The position numbers and the translations under genes were made by a program. Shown here piece by piece: positions 36,198-45,757 of a DNA stretch of 64,000 nucleotides (its first letter is position 1; each line of letters opens with the position of its first letter). This DNA is from Escherichia phage dune, in the sequence record MN850636.1; one strand, 5' to 3'. The notes below the pieces were generated by a model. That model worked only from the letters and a program-made list of their open reading frames with translations. It did not search any database and was not told the origin of the DNA.

Positions 36198-36941
36198 TTA
36201 AACTTTAATGATGGCTCTTAGCTTGTTCTCAAGGTCTGTAAGAGTACCATTATTATGAATAATGTCACGCTCATATTTGGTGGATAGCCCATTTTCTGAA
36301 ACGTGTGATGAAACTTTGTCCACATTGTCTCTTTTTACTTCAATAGTCTGGTGTGCAAATCTACTCAGCCATTCAGCTTCAGAGTCAAATCTTAAATCAC
36401 TGATTAAAACAAAACCATATTGATTTCTAAGTGAGCACATTTCATGGAATCTAACCATTCTTTTTTCAAGGTCTTTAGACCAGAACTTGTCGCCCATTAC
36501 TTTACGGACAACTTCAGTACCCCAAATCTGTTGAATTTGTCTTGATGAGAGTTTATACTTTTTGCTAAACCCCAGACGTGTCAATAGAGTCGGTTTAGCA
36601 ACCTTCTTAAGCTCCATGATTAATCGTCCGGTTAATTCTGACATAAGCTTGAAGTCCATATGGTAACGTTCATCTCTGAAGGTGAACTCCATAGCTTCCG
36701 TAACTTTAAACATCAGTTCATGATATGATAAGTCAAAAACCTGTGGAGTCTCTTTAGTTTCACCGTACAGGTCATTCCAAGTCAAGTCAAATATCTTTGA
36801 TGCAGATAGTTTAAGGTTGTCTGCAAAGGCCATTACTTCAACATTGTAGCCATACTCATCCTCTAAGATGTTCTTCACAATAGAACATGAGGTGTCTTTT
36901 CCAGAACGTGCCTTTCCAGTAAATGCGATAATATTACTCAT
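36198..36941 (-). CDS. Deoxynucleoside monophosphate kinase (T4 gp1-like)
   Basis: 247 aa; P-loop GKARSGKDT near N-terminus. Confidence 0.6.
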   Translation of the reverse strand: MSNIIAFTGKARSGKDTSCSIVKNILEDEYGYNVEVMAFADNLKLSASKIFDLTWNDLYGETKETPQVFDLSYHELMFKVTEAMEFTFRDERYHMDFKLMSELTGRLIMELKKVAKPTLLTRLGFSKKYKLSSRQIQQIWGTEVVRKVMGDKFWSKDLEKRMVRFHEMCSLRNQYGFVLISDLRFDSEAEWLSRFAHQTIEVKRDNVDKVSSHVSENGLSTKYERDIIHNNGTLTDLENKLRAIIKV

Positions 36942-37002
36942 TTTATCTCCATTAATTACTAAAAAGCCCCCAACTAAGGAGGCTTGTAAGATTTATAAAG
37001 AC

Positions 37003-37803
37003 TTAGTGTAGTTGCTCAGCAGACTCTTTTTCAGCCATAGCTGAGAGTTGCTTCACAAAATCATCACCGAAGTTAATGCGTAGTTTCTCTTCAATGATGG
37101 AAGCACCAATGTTCACCAAAACATCATTGATTGCTTGCATACTGACGCCACCAGTCATCTCTTCAATAAACTCAATACTCACACCCATCATCTGTGAAAG
37201 TTGGATTAGTGCAACGATATTCATCATCGTAGAGATAGCTGGAATCATCAGTGCAACTTTCACCTGAAGTGGTTCTATATCAGCTACAGAGTCATTTTCA
37301 ACAGCTTCTTCCAAAGAATCTTTGGTTTGCTGGATAATTTCTTGGATTCGTGGGTTTAATTCTTCTACGCCCCAATCAAGTTTTTCATATCGTGAAAGTT
37401 TCTCTTCCATGCGCTTCTCAAGAACAGCCATAACAGCACTCGTTGATGAGATAAGCGTATCAATAATGAAATCAGTGTCCTTAGTCAGCAACAGCTCCTT
37501 ATCTTCGTCTGACATCCTGATATAGTCATTTCTCTGCATCTCATAAAAAATGAACTCTGCAAGAGCATCAACACCAACCGCAATAGATGCCAGAGCAAGT
37601 GTTTTGTCGCAAAGCATCATGTTAACCTGTTCTGCAAAAGCATCGTTATCAGACTTGTCTTTAGGCAGATTGTAGCTTGCAGGCATAAACTGTTCTGTAT
37701 AGTTGTTACCACGAAGAATCATAGCCATGCTTTCTACGGCATTGATTAAAAATGCTTCGTCAATACCTTTTTCTTCAAGCATCTTTTCTACATCGATATT
37801 CAT
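37003..37803 (-). CDS. Hypothetical protein
   Basis: 266 aa ORF. Confidence 0.45.
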   Translation of the reverse strand: MNIDVEKMLEEKGIDEAFLINAVESMAMILRGNNYTEQFMPASYNLPKDKSDNDAFAEQVNMMLCDKTLALASIAVGVDALAEFIFYEMQRNDYIRMSDEDKELLLTKDTDFIIDTLISSTSAVMAVLEKRMEEKLSRYEKLDWGVEELNPRIQEIIQQTKDSLEEAVENDSVADIEPLQVKVALMIPAISTMMNIVALIQLSQMMGVSIEFIEEMTGGVSMQAINDVLVNIGASIIEEKLRINFGDDFVKQLSAMAEKESAEQLH

Positions 37804-37804
37804 A

Positions 37805-38227
37805 TTATTTCTCTCTCAGTTGGTTAAGTTTCTTTCTAGAACATTTTAAGTTTTCAGATGAAGAAAAGTCAAGTGTCTTTTCAGAACGTGGATAATAGTG
37901 CCTATCCCAAGAAGTTTCAACATCGTTAATCAGTGACGCTAGATTACACAGGTCTGTACCACTTTGCAACCTCTTTTTAAGAGAATCTAGTAAAGCAACT
38001 GTGTCTTTAGCTTTACGTCTCGCTGTAGCAACATCTTTCATATGCTCAAATACAGAGCATTTTAAGTCATCTTCATAGTTTTCAGACAACTCTATTTCAT
38101 GTTGTATATCAACCATTCTCCTGTGATGGTGAGCATATTCCCGTTGAGCAGCAATGTCAAGTTCTTCCAACTTCTGCAAAGCTCTAACAAAGTCAGCTAT
38201 GTCTGGGTGAACAAACATTTTCTGCAT
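37805..38227 (-). CDS. Hypothetical protein
   Basis: 140 aa ORF; first gene of the leftward transcription unit. Confidence 0.45.
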   Translation of the reverse strand: MQKMFVHPDIADFVRALQKLEELDIAAQREYAHHHRRMVDIQHEIELSENYEDDLKCSVFEHMKDVATARRKAKDTVALLDSLKKRLQSGTDLCNLASLINDVETSWDRHYYPRSEKTLDFSSSENLKCSRKKLNQLREK

Positions 38228-38484
38228 GTAAGCCTCTTTTAAGTAACTATTAAGTTTTAATCTTTTATCTTAACGTATTCTATACGTTATACTTTAAAGC
38301 TTTTTAAAAGCTATTAAATAATCTTTTAAGAGTTTTAAAGTATCTGTATAGTTAAACTGTTAAGTAACCTTTTAAGTAAAAACCCACTTCGCAAAGATTA
38401 ACACCTTGTCAAGTGTATTGTCAACTTGCTTTTTATAATTTTTTGCAGTAATGTATGAGGTTAATGATTTTAGAGGGAGTAAAA
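38228..38484. promoter_or_regulatory. Divergent AT-rich regulatory region between leftward and rightward gene blocks
   Basis: Genes diverge here; repeated TTTTAAG / CTTTTAAGAG motifs, TTGTCA and TATAAT hexamers present but with non-canonical spacing. Confidence 0.45.
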
Positions 38485-41184
38485 ATGGAAAACGTAGATT
38501 TTAAGAACTTACATTTAGTTGGTGATACAGAAACTGATGGTTTACTCCTTGAGTTCACTAAAGTTCACGTAATGGCTTTTGCAGACTATAAATCTGACGA
38601 TGAAGAGCCACCTGTATGGGTCTTCACAGATGAGCCTATCCTCGGTCACAAGTACACTAAGTACATTAAGGGTGGTTTACGTGAAGGTGTTGAGTTTGCG
38701 TTAAAGGCAAAACGACTTTGTATCCATAATGGTCTCGGTTATGACTGGTGGGTTTTCAATCACATTGCACCGGATTTATGGAACTTTGATAATCCAAAAT
38801 GTAAGCCGTGGAGTAATTTCTTTCAGGACTCTCTTATCCAGTCTCGTGTTCAGTGGATGGATAGACCAACTCCAAAGGGTTATAAAGGTGCTCATGGTTT
38901 GGCTGCATGGGGTGCTCGTGTTGGTGTTCGTAAGCCAGAGATTGAGCATTGGGGTGTGTGGAATGCAGAAATCTTCACTCGTGTTGTAGAAGATATTCGT
39001 ATTAACGCCAAAACTAAACGGGCACTTGATAATGAGTATCTCAAGCTTAAGAAGTGTGGCATAGACACTTATGAAACCTACATGCGAGCTAAAGAAACAT
39101 CTTTCTGGATGAGTCAACAAGCTATCAATGGTTGGAAAGCTGATAAAGAGCTTATGGAGTTCCATGTAAAGGAACTTGACAAGTTGACTAATGAGCTTGC
39201 TTCAGAGGTTGAACCACACCTTCCTCCAACTATTAAGACCAAAGGTAAAGTCACTGGAGAAGAGTTTGCAAAAGCTTGGAATGAGTATGTTGAAACATTT
39301 GGTCATGCAGATGGACTGAAGAGAATTACCAAGTACCCTAAAACAAAGTATCGTCAGCAGGTACGTAACGGTGAGATGCAGACATACGAAATCAAGCCAT
39401 TTGGTAAGCCAACTACAAAGATTTTTAACATTGAAAAGAGAAATTGCTATACACCAACCAACTCTGTAACTGGTGAGGAGTACAAGGAAGGCTTTGTAGC
39501 AATGAAGGATGCTCGTGCAATTTGCAATGAGTTGAACGCAAAGATTGGTAAGAAATGCAAAGACTGGAAGCCAGTAAAAACAGTCAAAACTGTGAAGTAC
39601 TATAACAGCCACGTTGTTAACCACTTTGAGCTTGAGTCGAGTCGCTACACAGGTTTGATTGATGCACCATATACACCAATTGAGTTTGAAGTTTCCCGTA
39701 TGACTCAGGTAGCAGTTGTTAAAGACTACTTGAAATCAGTTGGTTGGATTCCAGATGACTGGAACTACAAGAAAGACTCAGATGGTCGCCCTGTCAAAGT
39801 TTGTCGTTTCAAAGACAATAAAAAGATGATTACAAAACATCCTAAGTGGCAGGAAATGGTTGAGCGATGTGGTTTGAGCTATGTTGAACATGAAGGTGTA
39901 CAGTACATCGAGCATAACTGGTCTGTGAAGAAATACACAGATTTGCTTGAACCTTGCTTAATCCGTACTTCACCAAAACTTACTGAATCATCTTATGATA
40001 CGATTGAAGGTGAGCTTGGACAGAAGATTGCTAAGTACTATACTTTGATGCACCGACGCAGAACTATTGAGAACTCAAAGGATGATGAAAAAGGTTGGTT
40101 GAACCAGATTCGTCCTGATGGTCGCCTTAGTGCTGGTGCAATGGTATTTGGCACTTCAACTGGACGTATGACACAATATGGTATTGTAAACGTACCGTCT
40201 GGTGCTGCTGTCTATGGGGAACCAATGAGGGCAGTGTGGATTTGTGAAGAAGGTACTAATGTTGTCTCTGTAGACATGAACTCAGCCCAGCTAGTTCTCC
40301 TTTGTAACTTTATGGGTGACAAAGACTTCACCAAAGCGGTAACGCAAGGTAAAGAAGAGATTGAGTTTATTCGTCAAGAAGATGGACGCTATTACTGCAA
40401 ACATTTTGATGAGTACCTAAACCCAGAGATTGATAAGTACCTTCGCTATGACTCTGAGAATGACCTGTACGTTGTCTATTCAGGGACTGATGCACATACA
40501 CTGAATAGTATTTACTTTAGCTTGAATGATGAGCAGGATATCTTGACTTGTCGAGCTACTCAGGATGAGAATCTTCTTCATGAGATTAGCAAAGGTCGTA
40601 AGAAAGCTAAAAATGGTATCTATGCACTACTGTTCGGTGCAGGTGATGAAAAGTTTGCTAAAACTATTAAGGCAGCCACTACTCAGGAAGGTGCATTAAC
40701 TAAACAGACTTACTTTGTGCGTTTGCCAAAGATTAAGAAGCTGCTAGATGACTTGGAAGCTGACTACAAAGCAACTAAAAAGGCACTTGAAGAGGTGTTT
40801 GGTAAGACTGCTGCAATCTCTAAAGGGGGTTTTGTAAAGGTTGCTGGAGCTTGGTTGTGGTGTAAATCTCCACATAAGTTGTTGAATTATTTGCTCATGG
40901 GTTCGGAAAGTCAGATTCAGAACGAGGCAATTAACCTTGCTTGCCGTCGTATGATTGACGAAGGTTTGATGAAGTTGAACGGTCGCAAACCAGCTATAGG
41001 TGCTCGTTTATTGTGCTCCTATCACGACGAGACGAGTTGGGAATGCCCAGAAAGTATGACGGCAGAGGTGAAGGCTGTCACTGATTGGTATTACGGGCAA
41101 GCCTCTAAGAACTTAGGACTAAAGAGTGAAACACTGGTAACTGGTACTGGTAAGGTTGGTAAATCGTGGTTGGAAGTGCATTAA
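38485..41184 (+). CDS. DNA polymerase, family A, with 3'-5' exonuclease domain (start moved to ATG at 38485)
   Basis: GAGGGAG RBS before MENVDF; Exo I motif VGDTETDGL; palm-region blocks. Confidence 0.85.
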   Translation: MENVDFKNLHLVGDTETDGLLLEFTKVHVMAFADYKSDDEEPPVWVFTDEPILGHKYTKYIKGGLREGVEFALKAKRLCIHNGLGYDWWVFNHIAPDLWNFDNPKCKPWSNFFQDSLIQSRVQWMDRPTPKGYKGAHGLAAWGARVGVRKPEIEHWGVWNAEIFTRVVEDIRINAKTKRALDNEYLKLKKCGIDTYETYMRAKETSFWMSQQAINGWKADKELMEFHVKELDKLTNELASEVEPHLPPTIKTKGKVTGEEFAKAWNEYVETFGHADGLKRITKYPKTKYRQQVRNGEMQTYEIKPFGKPTTKIFNIEKRNCYTPTNSVTGEEYKEGFVAMKDARAICNELNAKIGKKCKDWKPVKTVKTVKYYNSHVVNHFELESSRYTGLIDAPYTPIEFEVSRMTQVAVVKDYLKSVGWIPDDWNYKKDSDGRPVKVCRFKDNKKMITKHPKWQEMVERCGLSYVEHEGVQYIEHNWSVKKYTDLLEPCLIRTSPKLTESSYDTIEGELGQKIAKYYTLMHRRRTIENSKDDEKGWLNQIRPDGRLSAGAMVFGTSTGRMTQYGIVNVPSGAAVYGEPMRAVWICEEGTNVVSVDMNSAQLVLLCNFMGDKDFTKAVTQGKEEIEFIRQEDGRYYCKHFDEYLNPEIDKYLRYDSENDLYVVYSGTDAHTLNSIYFSLNDEQDILTCRATQDENLLHEISKGRKKAKNGIYALLFGAGDEKFAKTIKAATTQEGALTKQTYFVRLPKIKKLLDDLEADYKATKKALEEVFGKTAAISKGGFVKVAGAWLWCKSPHKLLNYLLMGSESQIQNEAINLACRRMIDEGLMKLNGRKPAIGARLLCSYHDETSWECPESMTAEVKAVTDWYYGQASKNLGLKSETLVTGTGKVGKSWLEVH

Positions 41185-41194
41185 TGGTGACAAA

Positions 41195-41722
41195 ATGATT
41201 ACACAAGAACGTTTAAAGGAGCTACTACACTATGACCCCGAAACAGGGGTCTTTACTTGGCTTCGTAGAGAGGGTGACTCAAGGGCTGTTAAAGTCTTTA
41301 ATAGTAAGTACGCAGGACAGGTAGCGGGGAGCATCCAGATTGACTCAACTGGTCATAAGCAGATTACTATCTATTTTGACAAGAAAGCACATAAAGCACA
41401 TAGACTCGCATGGCTGTACGTGTATGGTAGGCTACCGAAAGGTGTTATTGACCATATTAATGGGGACTCCCTTGATAACAGGGTTGTAAACTTAAGAGAA
41501 GCAGATGACTGCCAAAGTGCTTGGAATAAAAGCAAACTATCCACCAATAAATCAGGCTATAAGGGTGTAAGCCTGAAGAAGAAGTCTGGTAGGTGGGTTG
41601 CGCAAATAAGCTATAAAGGTAAAAAGATGTCATTAGGCTACTATGACACCCCTGAAGAAGCCCACAAAGCTTACTGTGAAGCTGCTATTAAACTCCACGG
41701 AGAGTTTGCAAAACTAAGTTGA
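41195..41722 (+). CDS. HNH homing endonuclease with AP2-type domain (paralog 3; start moved to 41195)
   Basis: YDPETGVFTW, VIDHINGDSLDN..N, GYKGVS..GRWVAQI; track ORF start overlaps polymerase 3' end. Confidence 0.7.
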   Translation: MITQERLKELLHYDPETGVFTWLRREGDSRAVKVFNSKYAGQVAGSIQIDSTGHKQITIYFDKKAHKAHRLAWLYVYGRLPKGVIDHINGDSLDNRVVNLREADDCQSAWNKSKLSTNKSGYKGVSLKKKSGRWVAQISYKGKKMSLGYYDTPEEAHKAYCEAAIKLHGEFAKLS

Positions 41723-41773
41723 CAAGGTACTCAGGGAAGAGTACCTTATACTGTATCTTGTATAGGAGGGCTT

Positions 41774-41983
41774 ATGAGCCACCGTGGAAGAACCCATGCA
41801 GCAATGATGAAAGGTGCTTCAAAGGAAACTATCAAGAACCGCAAGCAGAAGTTGTTTGAGAGAATGAACAGGTTAATTGACAATTCATCTCTTTCAGGTT
41901 CTGAGAAGGTTTTCTTGAAAGGTAATCTGAAAAGCATTGCACAAGAACTTATTGACATTGAGTATTGGAGACATCAAAAATGA
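41774..41983 (+). CDS. Hypothetical protein
   Basis: 69 aa ORF. Confidence 0.4.
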   Translation: MSHRGRTHAAMMKGASKETIKNRKQKLFERMNRLIDNSSLSGSEKVFLKGNLKSIAQELIDIEYWRHQK

Positions 41984-42192
41984 CACTTGCAGACGTTATC
42001 CAACAACTTCATGATAACTGCTATACTCCAGAGTTGATTCAGGAGATGCTTATTGTAGTGATGCCTAGTAAGTTCGTAAAAGGTTTTAATAATGACTCTT
42101 TAAGGTCTGCGCATATCCTTATTGTTGATGGTAAGATTGCAAGGGACCGTACTGGAGTCCTTAAGGGCGAACGTATTAATATTAACCTCTGA
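41965..42192 (+). CDS. Hypothetical protein
   Basis: 75 aa ORF. Confidence 0.35.
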   Translation: METSKMTLADVIQQLHDNCYTPELIQEMLIVVMPSKFVKGFNNDSLRSAHILIVDGKIARDRTGVLKGERININL

Positions 42193-42210
42193 ATATTGGA
42201 GATACCGAAA

Positions 42211-42366
42211 ATGAAACGCAAAGTTAAGTTTTTTAATTTATATGGAAGAGTTGGTAAAGGTTTTGACTGGCAACTGTTACGCTCAAATGTTAAAAGCAAT
42301 GAATTAGCACCACTTATCATTCATTATCGACGTACATACAGAGAAGTAGAGCATCGTGAACAGTAA
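42211..42366 (+). CDS. Small basic protein (51 aa, not in track)
   Basis: GGAGA RBS; hand translation MKRKVKFFNLYGRVGKGFDW.. Confidence 0.3.
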   Translation: MKRKVKFFNLYGRVGKGFDWQLLRSNVKSNELAPLIIHYRRTYREVEHREQ

Positions 42367-42379
42367 ACAGGGGTGTATT

Positions 42380-42616
42380 ATGTGGAAATCAGTAATTGCG
42401 CTTGGTGTTATTTTTCTATCTGGCTGCAAACCTTCTTATGAAGATAAAAATGCTTCTTACAGCCTCCCACCAGAGATGCAAGATTGCAGAGTATACAAGT
42501 TACATGGTGATGCTATAAGCAGAGATATTGTTGTTGTCAGATGTCCAAACTCCCAAACAACAACATCTTATAGCTATGGCAAAAATGGTCAATCACACAC
42601 TACGGTTATTGAGTGA
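42380..42616 (+). CDS. Putative lipoprotein (start moved to MWKSV)
   Basis: Signal peptide and lipobox LSGC. Confidence 0.4.
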   Translation: MWKSVIALGVIFLSGCKPSYEDKNASYSLPPEMQDCRVYKLHGDAISRDIVVVRCPNSQTTTSYSYGKNGQSHTTVIE

Positions 42617-42626
42617 GGGTTTCACG

Positions 42627-42833
42627 ATGGAAGTCCTAGTAAACTATATCTATTGTTATGATGTTGTTCACTCTACTACAACGGTAGCTCAACGTAACCC
42701 AATCGTCCCACGAGAAGGTGAGTTGGTTCGCATTGATGGTTGGACTTACACTGTGGAAAGCATCATTCATAAGTTTGATGTTGCTGGTGATGTTCAAGTT
42801 ATTGACGTAGAAATTGGTGGTAAGAGAAAATGA
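42627..42833 (+). CDS. Hypothetical protein (start moved to MEVLV)
   Basis: GAGGG RBS. Confidence 0.4.
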   Translation: MEVLVNYIYCYDVVHSTTTVAQRNPIVPREGELVRIDGWTYTVESIIHKFDVAGDVQVIDVEIGGKRK

Positions 42834-42994
42834 AATCTAAGCAAACAATGGCAGATGCAATCTTCACAGTACACAGTTTCGAAAGGTTGCGCATCAAAGA
42901 TGCAAAGGATACCCCAAAATGCGTTGTACATTTTATTAAAAGGCGTAGTAACATGTCCTATATGAAATCTGACAAAGGTGAGAGTACAAATGGA
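42830..42994 (+). CDS. Small protein (54 aa, not in track)
   Basis: Hand translation MKSKQTMADAIFTVHSF..; ATGA overlap with upstream gene. Confidence 0.3.
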
Positions 42995-43208
42995 TAAAGA
43001 TAACAAATATAATAACGCCGTCCTTACAGAAGATGGTGAGCTTGAAACATTCATTCTTCGTGTTGATGGTAAACTATTCCGGTGTCGTTGTGGGTCAAAC
43101 TGTTTTCATAAACCAGATAAAAATGACTTAGAGCTTTACGCATGTAATGCTTGCAATACTTGGTATCACTCAGAGGTTAAAAATGACAATTCTATACAAA
43201 CAAAATAA
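42990..43208 (+). CDS. Small zinc-binding protein (CxC..CxxC)
   Basis: RCRCGSNCFH and CNACNTW. Confidence 0.4.
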   Translation: MDKDNKYNNAVLTEDGELETFILRVDGKLFRCRCGSNCFHKPDKNDLELYACNACNTWYHSEVKNDNSIQTK

Positions 43209-44283
43209 AGATGGCTCTTTTAACGTCTGGTCATGCGTTGCTGTAGGTAACAAAGTTATTACAACCTACGGTAAAGAAAATGGCAAGATGATGTTTGAAG
43301 AGTATACAGCAGAACCTAAAAACATCGGTAAAAAGAATGAGCGTAACGCTGAACAGCAAGCTCTCTTTGAAGTTGCTGCTAAGTACAAAAAGCAAGTTGA
43401 CCGCAAAGGTTATGCTTACACAAAAGAGTCTGCACAGAATACTGAAAAGGCAGGTGTACAGCTTGCTCATGATGCTGCAAAGGTTAGCCACGCAAAGTAT
43501 TTGAAGTTCCCTGCTGATGCTCAACCAAAACTTGATGGTGTACGTTGCAGAATTTCAAGAGATGCTGATTCAGTTAGTTTCACGGCTTATTCTCGTGAGA
43601 ATACTGTTTACAACGTTCCAGCAGAACTAATCCCAGATTTGCTTTTGCTGCTTAAATTACACCCGCAAGTTGAAGACTTTGATGGCGAGATTTATGCTCA
43701 TGGTTGGGACTTAGAAGATATTGTATCTATGATTAAGAATGCTGACAATCCAGACCGTCACCTTCTTAAATTCTACTGGTATGATATCTGTGACAATTCA
43801 AAATCTTGGCCTGAGCGTCGTGAAGTTATTGATAACTCACCTATTGTTGAGCTTGGGGATGCCTGTAGAGTTGTTCCTGTACAGACTATCCGTGTAAATT
43901 CTTGGGAAGAGTTTGATGAAGCTCATGATAAGTGGGTTGAAGCTAAGTTTGAAGGTGCAATGTACCGTTCAATCTCTGAAGACTCATTCTATGAGTGTTG
44001 TCACCGTTCATACTTCTTGATTAAGCACAAGAAGATGCACACTGAAGAGTTTAAAGTGACTGGTGTAAAGACTGATAAACGTGGTCATGGTAAGTTCGTT
44101 GTAGAGACTCTTCCTAACGTCTTTGTAGATGTCTCATGGAAGACTACTCATGAGAAGAAACAGTATCTTGCTGAGCATCCTGATGAGTTTATCGGGAAAC
44201 CTTTAACGGTACAGTTCCAGAAGATGACTCGTAAGGGGTCTTTGCAGTTCCCTGTTGGGCTAGTTATACGAGATTATGAATAA
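43183..44283 (+). CDS. ATP-dependent DNA ligase (start moved to MTILYKQ)
   Basis: GAGGT RBS; adenylation motif KLDGVRC (KxDG). Confidence 0.8.
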   Translation: MTILYKQNKDGSFNVWSCVAVGNKVITTYGKENGKMMFEEYTAEPKNIGKKNERNAEQQALFEVAAKYKKQVDRKGYAYTKESAQNTEKAGVQLAHDAAKVSHAKYLKFPADAQPKLDGVRCRISRDADSVSFTAYSRENTVYNVPAELIPDLLLLLKLHPQVEDFDGEIYAHGWDLEDIVSMIKNADNPDRHLLKFYWYDICDNSKSWPERREVIDNSPIVELGDACRVVPVQTIRVNSWEEFDEAHDKWVEAKFEGAMYRSISEDSFYECCHRSYFLIKHKKMHTEEFKVTGVKTDKRGHGKFVVETLPNVFVDVSWKTTHEKKQYLAEHPDEFIGKPLTVQFQKMTRKGSLQFPVGLVIRDYE

Positions 44284-44289
44284 AAGTTG

Positions 44290-44317
44290 TTGACATAGAA
44301 AATTTGGTGAGTATACT
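44290..44317 (+). promoter_or_regulatory. Sigma70-type promoter TTGACA-N16-TATACT
   Basis: Consensus -35 and near-consensus -10 hexamers; drives a long leader containing the first GT-rich array. Confidence 0.5.
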
Positions 44318-44319
44318 GA

Positions 44320-44660
44320 GCAGCATAAACCAACGGGTACTCACCAGCATCACTTAAGAGTCTTTTAAAAGGGTTTTTAAGTGATGTGTAGCTCGGTCAG
44401 GTATGGTGCGGTGGTGTAAGGTGGTGTCAGGTGTAGTATGGTGCTGTGATGTGAGGTATGGGTAGTTAGTCTCAGCTACATTAAAATGAGACTCACCTTT
44501 TTAAAAGGCCTTTTAAGAGGGTCTTTTAATGAGGTGGGGTGGTGTAAGGTGGTGTAAGGTCTGGTTCGGTGTGTCGCGGTAAGGGTGGATGGTAGTAGCC
44601 ACGTTAAAAATCTACCAAGTTTCTAAAGAGTCTTCTGTTGAGGGTTCTTTACAAACAACT
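44320..44660 (+). repeat. GT-rich/hairpin composite repeat array 1 (G+T tracts, conserved-loop hairpins at 44468-44493 and 44591-44616, conserved roughly 40 nt AT-rich element at 44496-44535)
   Basis: Top strand nearly C-free within GT tracts; units repeat in a second array at 45758-46145. Confidence 0.6.
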
Positions 44661-44674
44661 TAACAATCAACTAA

Positions 44675-45280
<606 letters not shown>

Positions 45281-45282
45281 TT

Positions 45283-45723
45283 ATGAATACAAAAGCATTA
45301 GCAGCAAAGTTCAGTTACGGTGACACTGTATCACATTCTGAGATGGACACCTTCTTAGGTATTGTGAAGCCAACTTATCAAGGTGACATTGTTAAGTACG
45401 AAGATGAAATGAAGGCTTACGCACTGACACGGTTAAATCGACTTGAGAAGTTTATTGAGAAGCTTCTTAAAGAAGAGAAGATTTATCTGGTTGCTTCAAT
45501 GGGTGTTGGTTATCGTGTGGTTGAACCTAAGCATCAAGCAACTATTGCAAAACGCAAAATGTCTGGTAAAATTGGTCGTGCTTTAAAGCAAGCCACTCAA
45601 GCGATTGAGAATGTGAACACTATGGCGCTTAGCCATCAAGAACGTTCACGACTGATTGAACAGCAAAACCACTTAGCTGCTATGAAAGCTAACATTAATA
45701 AGCAACGTAGAAAACCTTTCTAA
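45283..45723 (+). CDS. Hypothetical coiled-coil protein
   Basis: 146 aa ORF, tightly coupled to upstream gene. Confidence 0.5.
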   Translation: MNTKALAAKFSYGDTVSHSEMDTFLGIVKPTYQGDIVKYEDEMKAYALTRLNRLEKFIEKLLKEEKIYLVASMGVGYRVVEPKHQATIAKRKMSGKIGRALKQATQAIENVNTMALSHQERSRLIEQQNHLAAMKANINKQRRKPF

Positions 45724-45730
45724 GTTGACT

Positions 45731-45757
45731 AGGTAGCCTCTTCGGAGGCTCCTTTTT
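45731..45757 (+). terminator. Rho-independent terminator (AGCCTC-TTCG-GAGGCT plus TTTTT)
   Basis: Tetraloop hairpin with downstream T-run. Confidence 0.6.

Noticed and set aside
38776-39624. Two minus-strand ORFs (129 aa and 140 aa) inside the DNA polymerase gene
   Set aside because: Antisense to a motif-supported polymerase; hydrophobic junk composition.
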